Assembly: GCA_002050035.1 (NCBI GenBank) | Contig: MVCR01000003.1 | Coordinates: forward strand, 1-53,198 | DNA length: 53,198 bases | Source of the DNA: Planctomycetales bacterium 4484_113 | GTDB lineage: Bacteria; 4484-113 | Direction: 5' to 3' | Shown: one piece after another, positions 8,118-16,795 of the stretch | How the letters are laid out: the number at the start of each line of letters is the position of its first letter | How positions within the stretch are numbered: position 1 is the first letter of the stretch | The notes under the pieces: generated by a model | Told to the model about the DNA's origin: nothing | Databases searched by the model: none | Seen by the model: the letters and a program-made list of their open reading frames with translations, nothing else | Program-made: the position numbers and the translations under genes

Positions 8118-10073
8118 ATGCTCCAACGAGGAGGAGGGGTTGTCGCCGCTCTTGCTGCGTGGGATGGGAAGTTGCGGTCGGCTTCACGTGTAGCTTTTCT
8201 TGCGCTCGCAACGGCTTTCGCCGCAACGATTCTTGCGTCGACCGCTGTACAGGCTAAACCCAACCTCGAAGGCGTGACCGGTATCCTCAATATACCGACT
8301 GCGGAAGTGCTCAAAGATGGTGAAGCCTGCTTTGGCTTTGGGCGCAATGAGAATCGCACGCGCTGGCCCGGTCAGACGCAAAGGAATTACTTCGCTGGTA
8401 TCGGCTACCTGCCGCACCTGGAGGTTTGCGCGCGTTACACCGAGTTTCCTGGAGTAGCGCAGACACGCGTTCCAGGTTATGGTGCGTACAAGGATCGGAG
8501 CGCTAACCTGAAGCTTCAATTCCTGGCGGAGCCATCGGCTCCATTTTCTCTTGCCGCGGGTGTCTTCGATGTGGGTGGGCAGGCCCGCTTGCAGCGTGCT
8601 CTCTATGGGGCGCTCACTAAGACAGCAGGGCCAGTGAAGCTCACCGCTGGCTATGGCAATCGCCGCATAGAGGGCTTCTTCGGCGGCGTTGAGATCACTC
8701 CGCTCAAGGAGGCTTCGCTGCTCTACGAGTACGATAGCTGCCAGCACAATTTCGGAGTCCGAGTGTCACCGGGTGGGCATTTCAACCTGCTGCTCGCCTC
8801 CGCTGACCGTGACTTCACCTTTGGCATAAGCTGCTCGTATGGCTTGCAGCACTCAGGGAAGCGATTGGCGAAGAATGATGCCAGGCTGACCCGCGATCCG
8901 GTCGCAGTTGAGTGCTCGGTTGACTCTCTGGATGCACTGGCCGCAAAGCTTGCGCGCGCTGGCTTCGAGAACGTTGAAGCCAAGAGCGCGGGTGACATCC
9001 TGACCTTGAAATACGAGAATCGTCTCGATCGAATGGAAGAGGAAGCGTGGGCGTGGGTGCTGGTGTGGGCGGCCATCAACGCACCTGCGGATATAGCCGA
9101 GCTTCGTCTCGTTGCCCGCCGCGAGGGCAATTTCATCCTCAACACCGAATGCTCCATTGGCGACCTCTTGGCGTTTGCAAACGGTGAGTTAAGCCGCAAC
9201 GAGTTTGCCCGTCGCGTGAGGATTTTCGACTACCAGCCGCCGGACTACGAATTCGATTACGAGTCGGCTCTTCATCAACGAGCTGCTGGCAGCACTGATA
9301 TTCACATTTCTCCTGCGAACAAGCTTGACTTGGGCCGTCCTTACGCACCGGTGAAGCAGCGCAGCGGCATCGCCATCAAACATGAAACCTCGCTGGGGCG
9401 GCATTTCACCTTGCGAGGACACGAAGAGATTCCACTCACGAACAACTTGGACCGCCGCGATCCGCCGGTGCCCTTTGTGCGTGGGGCGAGCATTGATCTC
9501 TATGCGACCGGCGGTGAAGCTCTCTACTTCCTTGGCAGCGGAGGTTACTTCGACGACCATCGCTGGGGAGTCAAGGGCGAGCTGCGGAAGTACTTCGCTG
9601 ACAGCCGCTTTGACCTCGGTGTGATTGGAGCGAGAGTACGGGACAAGAAGTTCGGCGACTACCTGAATGAACTTCTGGGTTCGGGGAGCATCCGGATTCC
9701 TCGGTATGATCTGACTCTCAGCGCGTACGGAGGTCGGTTCTTGCTGGGAGATGATGGATGGCGGGCGGAAACCCGTCGTTACTTTGGACGCTCTGAAGTG
9801 GATTTCTACATCTACGATACGGAGTTCACAAGGACCGAAGGGGGCGTCCGCTTTGTGCTTCCCCTGGCTGGTTACAACCAGAAGGATTACTCGCCGGTGC
9901 GGATTTCGCTGGCGCCCTTCTTTAGTTACGAGTACCGAAGCAGAGGTTACGGCGGTGGTGATTTCCTAGCTTGGACGAGCAGCGTTGAGAGTTTCCGTAA
10001 GCGGCTTTTTCCTTGGTACTTGCGGGAGCACTTGGAGTTGATTGAAGCGGTAGCAAAGGGGATGCCCCGGTGA
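8118..10073 (+). CDS. YjbH/GfcD-family outer-membrane beta-barrel protein (exopolysaccharide / group-4-capsule associated).
   Basis: Signal peptide (AFLALATAFAATILASTAVQA). Family-typical N-terminal motifs GILNIPTAEVLKDGE, YKDRSANLKLQF and AAGVFDVGG (compare GLLQTPTARM, YKDKAFDLKL, AVGARDIGG as recalled for E. coli YjbH). Aromatic C-terminal residues. Confidence 0.65.
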   Translation: MLQRGGGVVAALAAWDGKLRSASRVAFLALATAFAATILASTAVQAKPNLEGVTGILNIPTAEVLKDGEACFGFGRNENRTRWPGQTQRNYFAGIGYLPHLEVCARYTEFPGVAQTRVPGYGAYKDRSANLKLQFLAEPSAPFSLAAGVFDVGGQARLQRALYGALTKTAGPVKLTAGYGNRRIEGFFGGVEITPLKEASLLYEYDSCQHNFGVRVSPGGHFNLLLASADRDFTFGISCSYGLQHSGKRLAKNDARLTRDPVAVECSVDSLDALAAKLARAGFENVEAKSAGDILTLKYENRLDRMEEEAWAWVLVWAAINAPADIAELRLVARREGNFILNTECSIGDLLAFANGELSRNEFARRVRIFDYQPPDYEFDYESALHQRAAGSTDIHISPANKLDLGRPYAPVKQRSGIAIKHETSLGRHFTLRGHEEIPLTNNLDRRDPPVPFVRGASIDLYATGGEALYFLGSGGYFDDHRWGVKGELRKYFADSRFDLGVIGARVRDKKFGDYLNELLGSGSIRIPRYDLTLSAYGGRFLLGDDGWRAETRRYFGRSEVDFYIYDTEFTRTEGGVRFVLPLAGYNQKDYSPVRISLAPFFSYEYRSRGYGGGDFLAWTSSVESFRKRLFPWYLREHLELIEAVAKGMPR

Positions 10074-10130
10074 TGACAGGTGCTTTGTGGCCTGTGAGGC
10101 TGACTCCGCGAACGGCCTGCGGGGGTGAGC

Positions 10131-10159
10131 TTGGCAGTTGCGACCGGTGGTGCTATAAT
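10131..10159 (+). promoter_or_regulatory. Promoter TTGGCA-17-TGcTATAAT (upstream promoter of lipoprotein gene A).
   Basis: -35 element TTGGCA 10131-10136, 17-nt spacer, extended -10 TGcTATAAT 10151-10159. Confidence 0.4.
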
Positions 10160-10233
10160 GAGGCCGACCATATGATGAAAAGGAGGGGATGTGCAGGGTA
10201 ACAATTGGCTCAGGGGGCAACTCGGTCGGCTTA

Positions 10234-10262
10234 TTGCCAAAGCTGACCTTATGGATTATAAT
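10234..10262 (+). promoter_or_regulatory. Second promoter TTGCCA-17-TATAAT upstream of lipoprotein gene A.
   Basis: TTGCCA 10234-10239, 17-nt spacer, perfect TATAAT 10257-10262. It lies about 55 nt upstream of the GTG at 10317, which has GGAGG 7 nt upstream. Confidence 0.4.
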
Positions 10263-10316
10263 GCCTCAATCAACTGTGTATTCTTCCAAAAATCCATCTG
10301 TTGAAGGAGGAAGCTA

Positions 10317-11570
10317 GTGAGAAGACTTATTGGTTTGATCATTTTAGTGGTAGCCGCTGTCCTGCTGGTTTCGGCCTGCGGGAGGAAGCTACCGGCGCCG
10401 CTTGGCATTCAGCTTGGCCCCGGGGTAAGTCTGGGAACCATGCCAGATGCGGCGTCGAACTTTGGCGGTGAGGCTTTCACCTTCACCGCCACGATGACCA
10501 GCGGAACCGGCGTCACAAGTTGGTCGTGGGATTTCGGAGGCGGCGCGATTCCCAACACTGCCACCGGCTCAGGGAATTCGTCCTCGGTCAATGTGACCTT
10601 GGTGAACCCTTCGCTGACTGCTGACGAGAGTTACAGCGGGAGTTTCACTGCCACCGACGTTAACGGGAGCACAACGAAGACCTTTGAGTATACTGTTGGT
10701 CCGACCCAGAATCGGGCTCCCACGGTTACACTGACGTATGCTGATGGTGTTCTGACGGCGACCGCGGCGGACGAAGATGGTGACGAGCTCACTTTCACCT
10801 TCACCGTCGACAGCGGTGATGTCACCGTCACTCCGGCGACCATCGGCCCGACCTCGACCTACGTCCAGACGGCGACGGTTGCGGCTGCTGGCTTTGAGGA
10901 TGTCGACTTCACGATTACGGTGACGGTGGACGACGGCATGGGTGGTACGGACAGCGACTCGGTGAGCGACACTCTTGTTACTCCAAAGCCGCCTGACAAC
11001 GCCATCTGGATGACCGTTGACAAGACAACCGTAGCTGTGGGCGACACTATCGTGCTGACGGTATGGGCCTACAACACCGCGAATCCGCTGCGGTATCTGG
11101 ATTCCGCGATGGTCGAGTACGAAGGGTTCGGAGTCGGAGGAGCTACACTAACTACCGACACCTTCAATCTCGGCGCGGTTGGTGGCGACGCTGGTGATGT
11201 GGACGGCTTCTGGACGCTCGTCCCCGGCGGTAACTTCGGGCTGGTTCTTGGCGGCATCTCTCTGTTCGGTCCCTACGATGCCGACTACTTCGTCGACGAT
11301 GTCCAGGTTCCTGCTGGCCGCAAGTACATCGCCGTGAACGTCTCGCCTACCTTTACTGGCACGCCAGGTGAGGCTCCTGCTGGATCCACCGGTGCATTGT
11401 TCAATGTTACGCTGACCGCGGAAACTGCTGGAACTGCCGAGTTCCACTTTGTCCATGAGTACTCGCAGTCGGCGGGTGGTGCTATCATTGCCGGCACGAT
11501 GTACAGCTCTGACGAGAACACGCACTACAGCTTCGTTGACGACCAGTCTCTCGAGATCACTGTGGAGTGA
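10317..11570 (+). CDS. Surface lipoprotein with a PKD domain, a cadherin/Big-like domain and a C-terminal cohesin-like beta-sandwich.
   Basis: Lipoprotein signal MRRLIGLIILVVAAVLLVSAC (lipobox VSAC). PKD signature SWSWDFGGG. Repeat-domain motif NRAPTVTLTYADGVLTATAADEDGDELTFTFTVDSGDVTV. C-terminal ~170 aa (VAVGDTIVLTVWAYN...GALFNVTLTAETAGTAEFHF) resembles cohesin strand patterns. Confidence 0.65.
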   Translation: MRRLIGLIILVVAAVLLVSACGRKLPAPLGIQLGPGVSLGTMPDAASNFGGEAFTFTATMTSGTGVTSWSWDFGGGAIPNTATGSGNSSSVNVTLVNPSLTADESYSGSFTATDVNGSTTKTFEYTVGPTQNRAPTVTLTYADGVLTATAADEDGDELTFTFTVDSGDVTVTPATIGPTSTYVQTATVAAAGFEDVDFTITVTVDDGMGGTDSDSVSDTLVTPKPPDNAIWMTVDKTTVAVGDTIVLTVWAYNTANPLRYLDSAMVEYEGFGVGGATLTTDTFNLGAVGGDAGDVDGFWTLVPGGNFGLVLGGISLFGPYDADYFVDDVQVPAGRKYIAVNVSPTFTGTPGEAPAGSTGALFNVTLTAETAGTAEFHFVHEYSQSAGGAIIAGTMYSSDENTHYSFVDDQSLEITVE

Positions 11571-11595
11571 TTTGAGGTTGTGGTTTGAACATGAC

Positions 11596-11629
11596 GGGAC
11601 CCCGCCCACCCGCGGGTGGGTGGGGTCCC
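11596..11629 (+). terminator. Near-perfect 16-bp GC-rich hairpin between the two lipoprotein genes. No U-tract, so it may be an attenuating or stabilising stem-loop rather than a full terminator.
   Basis: GGGACCCCGCCCACCC-GC-GGGTGGGTGGGGTCCC, with a single G:U mismatch. It lies 26 nt after the stop of gene A and about 80 nt before the start of gene B. Confidence 0.35.
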
Positions 11630-11707
11630 GCAAGGGCGAGCAGGAGGGAGGAAATCCCTCCGGGCTTGGCCACCAGCAAAAACGCCATTGAAAAGGAGAG
11701 AGTCATC

Positions 11708-14700
11708 ATGAGAAAGGTATTATCCCTAACTTTTGGGGCTGGCGTGGCGCTGCTGCTCTTCTTCCTGCTGCTCGGATGTGGTGGCGGTCGTGGTGCGCCC
11801 ACCGCGATTGGCCCGAGTGTCAGCAGCTCCCAGGTCCCAGACATCCCGCAAGGCGCGGGTAATTTCGTTGGTGTGCCCTATCGGCCCGATGGTTCCGTTG
11901 ATGCTTCGCTGCAGAAGCAGATTGCGGTAGTCAGTTCGGGCTCTGCAAGTGAAACGAGGGTCACCATTTCTGCGGAGGACGTGACTGAACTCACGAACTT
12001 CACTTTCGAATTGAGGTATGATCCCGACCTCTACGATCCGGTGAGTGTGGATTACGGCGAGTTCATGCCCTCGGGTGATGACCTCATTACATTCAGCTAC
12101 ACCGACGAGCCGGGTGTCGTATCCATCGCCAAGGTCTTCATCCATCCCGATGAAGCTATCGGTGTTTCCGGCTCAGGTACGCTGGCAACGGTTACTTTCG
12201 AGAACCGCCCCTATGCTGGTAAGACGGCTGCCGTTCTGCCCAGTGGGGCAATCAGTGACCTTGTGCAGGATCCTGCGGTCGTTGCACCAGATATGGGTGT
12301 GATGTGGACAACCAGCTTCTTCCACGGCGACGGCAACAGGGACAGTATGGTAAACATCTCGGACATCACCCCGATTGCTGCCCATTGGAATGAGAACACC
12401 ACGGAGAATCCTGAAGTCGCCGTAGTTGACTACAACGAAGATACGGTCATTGCAATTAGCGACCTGACGCCTTTGGCGGCGAACTTCGGCGCGAGCGTGG
12501 GGCAGTTTGATGTTCGGGTGGCGACGGACGCCGTGGATGGCACCTACGCTTCCGACGGGACACTAGATTGGGCAGATGCCACCGGAACTAGTGAAGGTGG
12601 CTTCAACGAGTACCACTACACTCTTACCGGCGATTACTCCAGCTTCGAAACGATCTGGGTAAAGGTCTGGTTCTTTGATGGAGAGTCCACGCCGAACGAG
12701 GGGCCAGAAAGCCTCGATTACGTCGAGTTTTATCCTGGCGGAACGCCGCCCACTCCAGAAATCAGCATCGTTCCTGGAACTGGGTATGGTGCTATAGAGA
12801 TTCAGATTGAGCATACTACTAACACCACTGGCGGCGATCGAGACGGCACAGATCTCTATGCGCCTGAGCAGGGCACGCCAGCGACTGGTGATGTAACTGC
12901 AAACGACGAGGTAACGCTGCGTCTGACCGGGATTCACTATCTCTATCAGGGCAACGCTTACGGCATCGGTGAGGCTGCTCTGTACCCCGATCCGGTCGAC
13001 TACCCCGATTTCAACGGCGAGACCGGCTACAACAACATCATCGCGGTGCTCCAGGAGCTGTTGGTTGCGGATGAGAGTACCGAGTTCGTAAGCGTTGAGG
13101 GTGATATCGAGGCGTTTGCCGAGGTGCCGAAGCAGGCTGGCGACAAGAAGTACACGGGTACGATTGGTCCCAATGCACCCAGCAGTGTTTCTGGCGTAAC
13201 CACGTTAACGGCCAATGCTTACGTTACGCCACCTCTTTCCATGACGAACGGTGTGGAGCAGACGTTCTTCGCCTCGGTAGATCTGAACGTTGTTGAGGAT
13301 GGCTTTGCGCCTGAAGTATGGGGGAGCGTACCCAACGAGGTGGCGGTGAATCAGGAGCTGCCAGAAGTGCAGGTCGCGGTTGATTTCGGCTGGGATGACT
13401 GGGATCCTGATGACAATCCTCTGGGAACGGCTCCCGAGGGTGAGGAGTACACTGCGATTCCGGCGGCCGTGCAATTGGTCAACAAGGACGCGGATCCGTG
13501 GATTGTGGTGGAGTTCTCGCCGGCTGCTACCCCGCATGTTCCAGATCCGCCCACCGACCCATTGACCTACACTTACTGGTCTCCTTCTGATGAAGAGCCG
13601 CCAGCGCCGCAGCGACCCGGAGAGCCTGAGGATACTGGGGGTGGTACTATGGCCACGATGCACGTGCTGGCTTATATCCCAACCGGGCAGGTTCAGGGCG
13701 AATATCATTGGCGCATCATCGAGACCGAGCAGCGCGGCGATCCACCGGCTGATGTTCAGGTTCGCTCCTCACTCAAGCAGCCCGACGAGGTTTTCACCGT
13801 TACCGGCCCTGTGTACTTGGAGATTACGAGCTTCCCGCTGGACGACATCTACCCGAGCGAGCCGTCGGGGATCGTTTACTTCTTCCCCACCGACCCGGTA
13901 GTCCGTTTGAATCCGGTCGGTCACGAAGAGTATCCACCCAGTGGCACGGTGTGGGTGCCTGATGATGAGACCAGGTACAATGTCATGAAGAAGGAGAGCG
14001 GCTTCGAGTTCGTACCGCAGCCATTTGATATCGTCCATGGACTGGCGGAATCACCGGCGGCGTACTATGTTATGGGAGATTCACCACCGCCCGACACCAC
14101 CTCCGGTACGCATCTGGGCAACATGTACCTGCAGCCGCATAGCATCGGCATCAGCCCAGCGCTGATCCAGATGGAGACTCTGCCCGGGCACGTCAGCATT
14201 GGGTTCTTCGACCGGCAGGGCAACATGATTGCGAACATCACGAGGAATTTCGTTGCTGCGGCGGGTCCCGGATACCGTGACACACCGGTGATTGATGAGT
14301 ACACGGACTTCGGCGTTGATGTCTGGGATGTGCCGGGTCCACCAGACTTCAGCATTAAGACCGCGCACAAGGACGACTTCGATATGGTGGTATTCCAGGT
14401 GAAGAACCTGTGGGTCCGTGACCGGACTCACGACAATGGTGCACTACCTGGGAACTCAGCTACCCACCTGATCCTCTACACGCCGCCGCCAGAGTTGAAT
14501 CCCCTTCCAGAGATTCAGGTAATACCACGTGTAATTAGCACTAGCCCGGCGGTTCCTTGCTTGGTCAGTATAGATCCTTCGGAGGTCTACTACTGGAACG
14601 ACAACACACCGCACGAGATTATGAACGGACAGTGGTGGGTTTCGTTCAGGAATGCCCAGGCAGGTGAGAGCTCCTACTATCAGGACTTCGGGCTTGACCC

Positions 14701-14719
14701 GCTCACTATTGCACCATAG
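11708..14719 (+). CDS. Large surface lipoprotein: N-terminal cohesin domain, type-I-like dockerin module, then a ~740-aa acidic C-terminal region of unknown function.
   Basis: Start ATG 11708 with SD AAAAGGAGAG. Signal and lipobox MRKVLSLTFGAGVALLLFFLLLGCGG. Cohesin signature (FTFELRYDPDLYDPVSVDYGEF...GVVSIAKVF...GSGTLATVTFE). Two dockerin Ca-binding segments, DGNRDSMVNISDITPIAAHW and DYNEDTVIAISDLTPLAANF. These match the D1-N3-D5-(N9)-D12 loop pattern. Confidence 0.7.
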   Translation: MRKVLSLTFGAGVALLLFFLLLGCGGGRGAPTAIGPSVSSSQVPDIPQGAGNFVGVPYRPDGSVDASLQKQIAVVSSGSASETRVTISAEDVTELTNFTFELRYDPDLYDPVSVDYGEFMPSGDDLITFSYTDEPGVVSIAKVFIHPDEAIGVSGSGTLATVTFENRPYAGKTAAVLPSGAISDLVQDPAVVAPDMGVMWTTSFFHGDGNRDSMVNISDITPIAAHWNENTTENPEVAVVDYNEDTVIAISDLTPLAANFGASVGQFDVRVATDAVDGTYASDGTLDWADATGTSEGGFNEYHYTLTGDYSSFETIWVKVWFFDGESTPNEGPESLDYVEFYPGGTPPTPEISIVPGTGYGAIEIQIEHTTNTTGGDRDGTDLYAPEQGTPATGDVTANDEVTLRLTGIHYLYQGNAYGIGEAALYPDPVDYPDFNGETGYNNIIAVLQELLVADESTEFVSVEGDIEAFAEVPKQAGDKKYTGTIGPNAPSSVSGVTTLTANAYVTPPLSMTNGVEQTFFASVDLNVVEDGFAPEVWGSVPNEVAVNQELPEVQVAVDFGWDDWDPDDNPLGTAPEGEEYTAIPAAVQLVNKDADPWIVVEFSPAATPHVPDPPTDPLTYTYWSPSDEEPPAPQRPGEPEDTGGGTMATMHVLAYIPTGQVQGEYHWRIIETEQRGDPPADVQVRSSLKQPDEVFTVTGPVYLEITSFPLDDIYPSEPSGIVYFFPTDPVVRLNPVGHEEYPPSGTVWVPDDETRYNVMKKESGFEFVPQPFDIVHGLAESPAAYYVMGDSPPPDTTSGTHLGNMYLQPHSIGISPALIQMETLPGHVSIGFFDRQGNMIANITRNFVAAAGPGYRDTPVIDEYTDFGVDVWDVPGPPDFSIKTAHKDDFDMVVFQVKNLWVRDRTHDNGALPGNSATHLILYTPPPELNPLPEIQVIPRVISTSPAVPCLVSIDPSEVYYWNDNTPHEIMNGQWWVSFRNAQAGESSYYQDFGLDPLTIAP

Positions 14720-14750
14720 TTCTAGGGAATCTGTAACTGCAGAGAAAGAA

Positions 14751-14778
14751 AGATGCCCCCGCTTCGGCGGGGGCATCT
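14751..14778. terminator. Bidirectional intrinsic terminator between the convergent lipoprotein gene B and pgi.
   Basis: Perfect 12-bp stem AGATGCCCCCGC / GCGGGGGCATCT with a UUCG tetraloop. T-rich on the minus-strand side (revcomp of GAGAAAGAAAG). TCTTCACGTT on the plus side. Confidence 0.6.
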
Positions 14779-14808
14779 TCACGTTCAGCGGTTGCTGGTG
14801 ACAATGCT

Positions 14809-16134
14809 TCAAGCTGGGGACTGCTGCAGCAGTTTGCGCGCAAGCTGTTTGCTCTCTTCTACTGCTGGCTGGGTGTAGGGGTCAATACTAAGGTAGACTC
14901 CCATAACAGCTATTGCCGTTTCGAAGAAGAGAATCAGTTCACCGAGCACTTCGGGCTGCAAGTCCTGCAGGATAAGAAGATAGCTCGGTAGGGACTGGTG
15001 GCGCAACGAGCTGCGCGTGCCTTCCAGTTCAGCCGACGCAATCTCGTGGAGGTGCCTGCCCTGCAGGTAGTTGAACTCCGCGACTCCTCTTGGTGGATGG
15101 CTGAGTGCGGGCAGCTCGGCGCGGGTTTGCGCGACTTTGGTGAATCCACTTATCTTGTTGGGCGGACCATCAAGCGCAAGCTGAAGCAAGCTGTGCTGAG
15201 CCGCAGGACCACTGACAGCCAGTGGAGTCAGCCCGACGCGCACTGTCTCACTTGCGACCTGCTTCTGCTTCCCTAGGCTCTCGGCGAAAAGCTGCTCCCA
15301 CCAGCGTCCGAACTCCCGCAAAGCATCGCAGTATATCCAGAGCATGAGCTCGCTGAAGTTCCTTCTCGTAGCCAGGAGATGAAGACGCGCCGCAAGTCTG
15401 AGCGAGGGATTGCTCTCGTAGTCATCTGCGGTGAGGTTCGAACGTGCCGCAGTTGCGCCTTCGAGAAGATCCTCTATGGGGTACCCAAGAAATCCCAGGG
15501 GAAACAACGAAACAGGGCTCAGCGCGCTGAAGCGCCCGCCTACATCTCCGGGCACCGGCAGTACTGGCGCTCCCGTCTCGCGTGCGTATGTCGCCAGTGC
15601 GCCATCTCTGTTCCCGGTGGTCACAACTACCGGCGAGTCGGCGAGAGCAGGGCGCTGCGATAACGCCAGGAAGTTTGCTATGGTTTCTAACGTATTTCCA
15701 GATTTGCTCACTGGGTTGAGGACAACGCCTTGAGTTCCCGCACGGTGGATCACTTCAGCCGTCGTTGCTTCGTCCAGATTATCGACAACGATCAGTTCTC
15801 GCTCCCCGGCTGAGAAGCTGGAGGGTCCCGTTTGGCGGACGAAGGTGGCAGCCAGTGCTTTTGTTCCCAGCGTACTCCCCCCCATTCCGATCGTAACTAG
15901 GACGTTCCTGTTCTCGATGCGCGCCAGCGCTTGGCGGACTAATGAGAGTTCGGCGGTTCGGGCTTCGAGGTCGAGCCAGCCAAGAGGCCAGTTGTATGGA
16001 TTCTGAAGGATCTGCTTCCACGGGTGAGGATGCGCTTGCTCAAGAGCGGCCAGTTCCTGTGAAGAAACGCCCCTCTCGCCGATGGCGTCCTTATGGAGCC
16101 AGGTGAAGTCATAAGTTATTCGCATGCCCCGCAT
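14809..16134 (-). CDS. pgi: Glucose-6-phosphate isomerase (SIS-domain PGI family).
   Basis: SIS-domain motifs VLVTIGMGGSTLGTKAL and DNLDEATTAEV. A second SIS half follows (VVTTGNRDGALA...GGRFSALSPVSL). Confidence 0.75.
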   Translation of the reverse strand: MRGMRITYDFTWLHKDAIGERGVSSQELAALEQAHPHPWKQILQNPYNWPLGWLDLEARTAELSLVRQALARIENRNVLVTIGMGGSTLGTKALAATFVRQTGPSSFSAGERELIVVDNLDEATTAEVIHRAGTQGVVLNPVSKSGNTLETIANFLALSQRPALADSPVVVTTGNRDGALATYARETGAPVLPVPGDVGGRFSALSPVSLFPLGFLGYPIEDLLEGATAARSNLTADDYESNPSLRLAARLHLLATRRNFSELMLWIYCDALREFGRWWEQLFAESLGKQKQVASETVRVGLTPLAVSGPAAQHSLLQLALDGPPNKISGFTKVAQTRAELPALSHPPRGVAEFNYLQGRHLHEIASAELEGTRSSLRHQSLPSYLLILQDLQPEVLGELILFFETAIAVMGVYLSIDPYTQPAVEESKQLARKLLQQSPA

Positions 16135-16160
16135 CTATTATATCTGCTGACGCCTCAAGT

Positions 16161-16727
16161 TCACAGGTTCGGTTCTGACGGAAGCTTAGGATGGGGACGA
16201 AGGATTCGCCAGCCGCCGTTGATGAATTCGACGACCGCCGACGGAATCCCTTCCAGCATTCCTCCGTCTATTGCAAGGTCGATCGTATGCTGCGGAAGTC
16301 CCTCAAGTGTTGAACGGAGCGTCGCAGTTTCCTTTCTCCCCGCTGGATTCGCGCTCGTGGCCATAATCCAGCCGCCTGCCCGTTCAATGAGCGCGTTGAG
16401 TGGCGGATAAGAGGGGACGCGAAAGCCGATGGTGGCATGCGGGAGTGCCATCAGTGCAGAGGGAAGCACGCGTGCAGTGAACTCCCGTGGAATGACCAGC
16501 GTGAGCGGCCCCGGCACGAGTTCGAGCAAGGGATAAGGAGAGTGCTCGTCTAGATCGGAGATAAGTGCAAGCAGTGGCGCGGTTGCGTTCACAAGTGCGG
16601 CGACGGGCGTGGCCTGATCCCGTCCTTTGAGCTCGTTCAATCTTCGAGTCGCACCCGCTGGGTCGCCTGCCGCCATCAACCCATAGACCGTATCCGTTGG
16701 GAACACAATGATGCCGTTCGCCGCCAA
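16161..16727 (-). CDS. tsaC: L-threonylcarbamoyladenylate synthase (YrdC/Sua5/TsaC family). The 5' end is uncertain and probably starts upstream of the TTG at 16727.
   Basis: FPTDTVYGL motif and a YrdC-domain fold. The in-frame upstream codons encode the family-typical N-terminal helix LKASDAAIIEEAAGLLAANG, but there is no ATG/GTG/TTG. See findings. Confidence 0.75.
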   Translation of the reverse strand: MAANGIIVFPTDTVYGLMAAGDPAGATRRLNELKGRDQATPVAALVNATAPLLALISDLDEHSPYPLLELVPGPLTLVIPREFTARVLPSALMALPHATIGFRVPSYPPLNALIERAGGWIMATSANPAGRKETATLRSTLEGLPQHTIDLAIDGGMLEGIPSAVVEFINGGWRILRPHPKLPSEPNL

Positions 16728-16795
16728 GAGCCCAGCTGCCTCTTCAATGATGGCCGCGTCAGAGGCTTTCAGCCCAGCGGTGGTGGAAAGATGTC

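Noticed and set aside
11585-11707. Longer N-terminus (ATG 11585) for lipoprotein B
   Set aside because: The upstream 41 codons overlap the GC hairpin and have no SD and no protein-like composition. ATG 11708 has a strong SD and gives a canonical lipoprotein signal.
13205-13708. 167-aa minus-strand ORF inside lipoprotein gene B
   Set aside because: Antisense to a reading frame supported by cohesin/dockerin motifs and a lipoprotein signal. Arg/His-rich.
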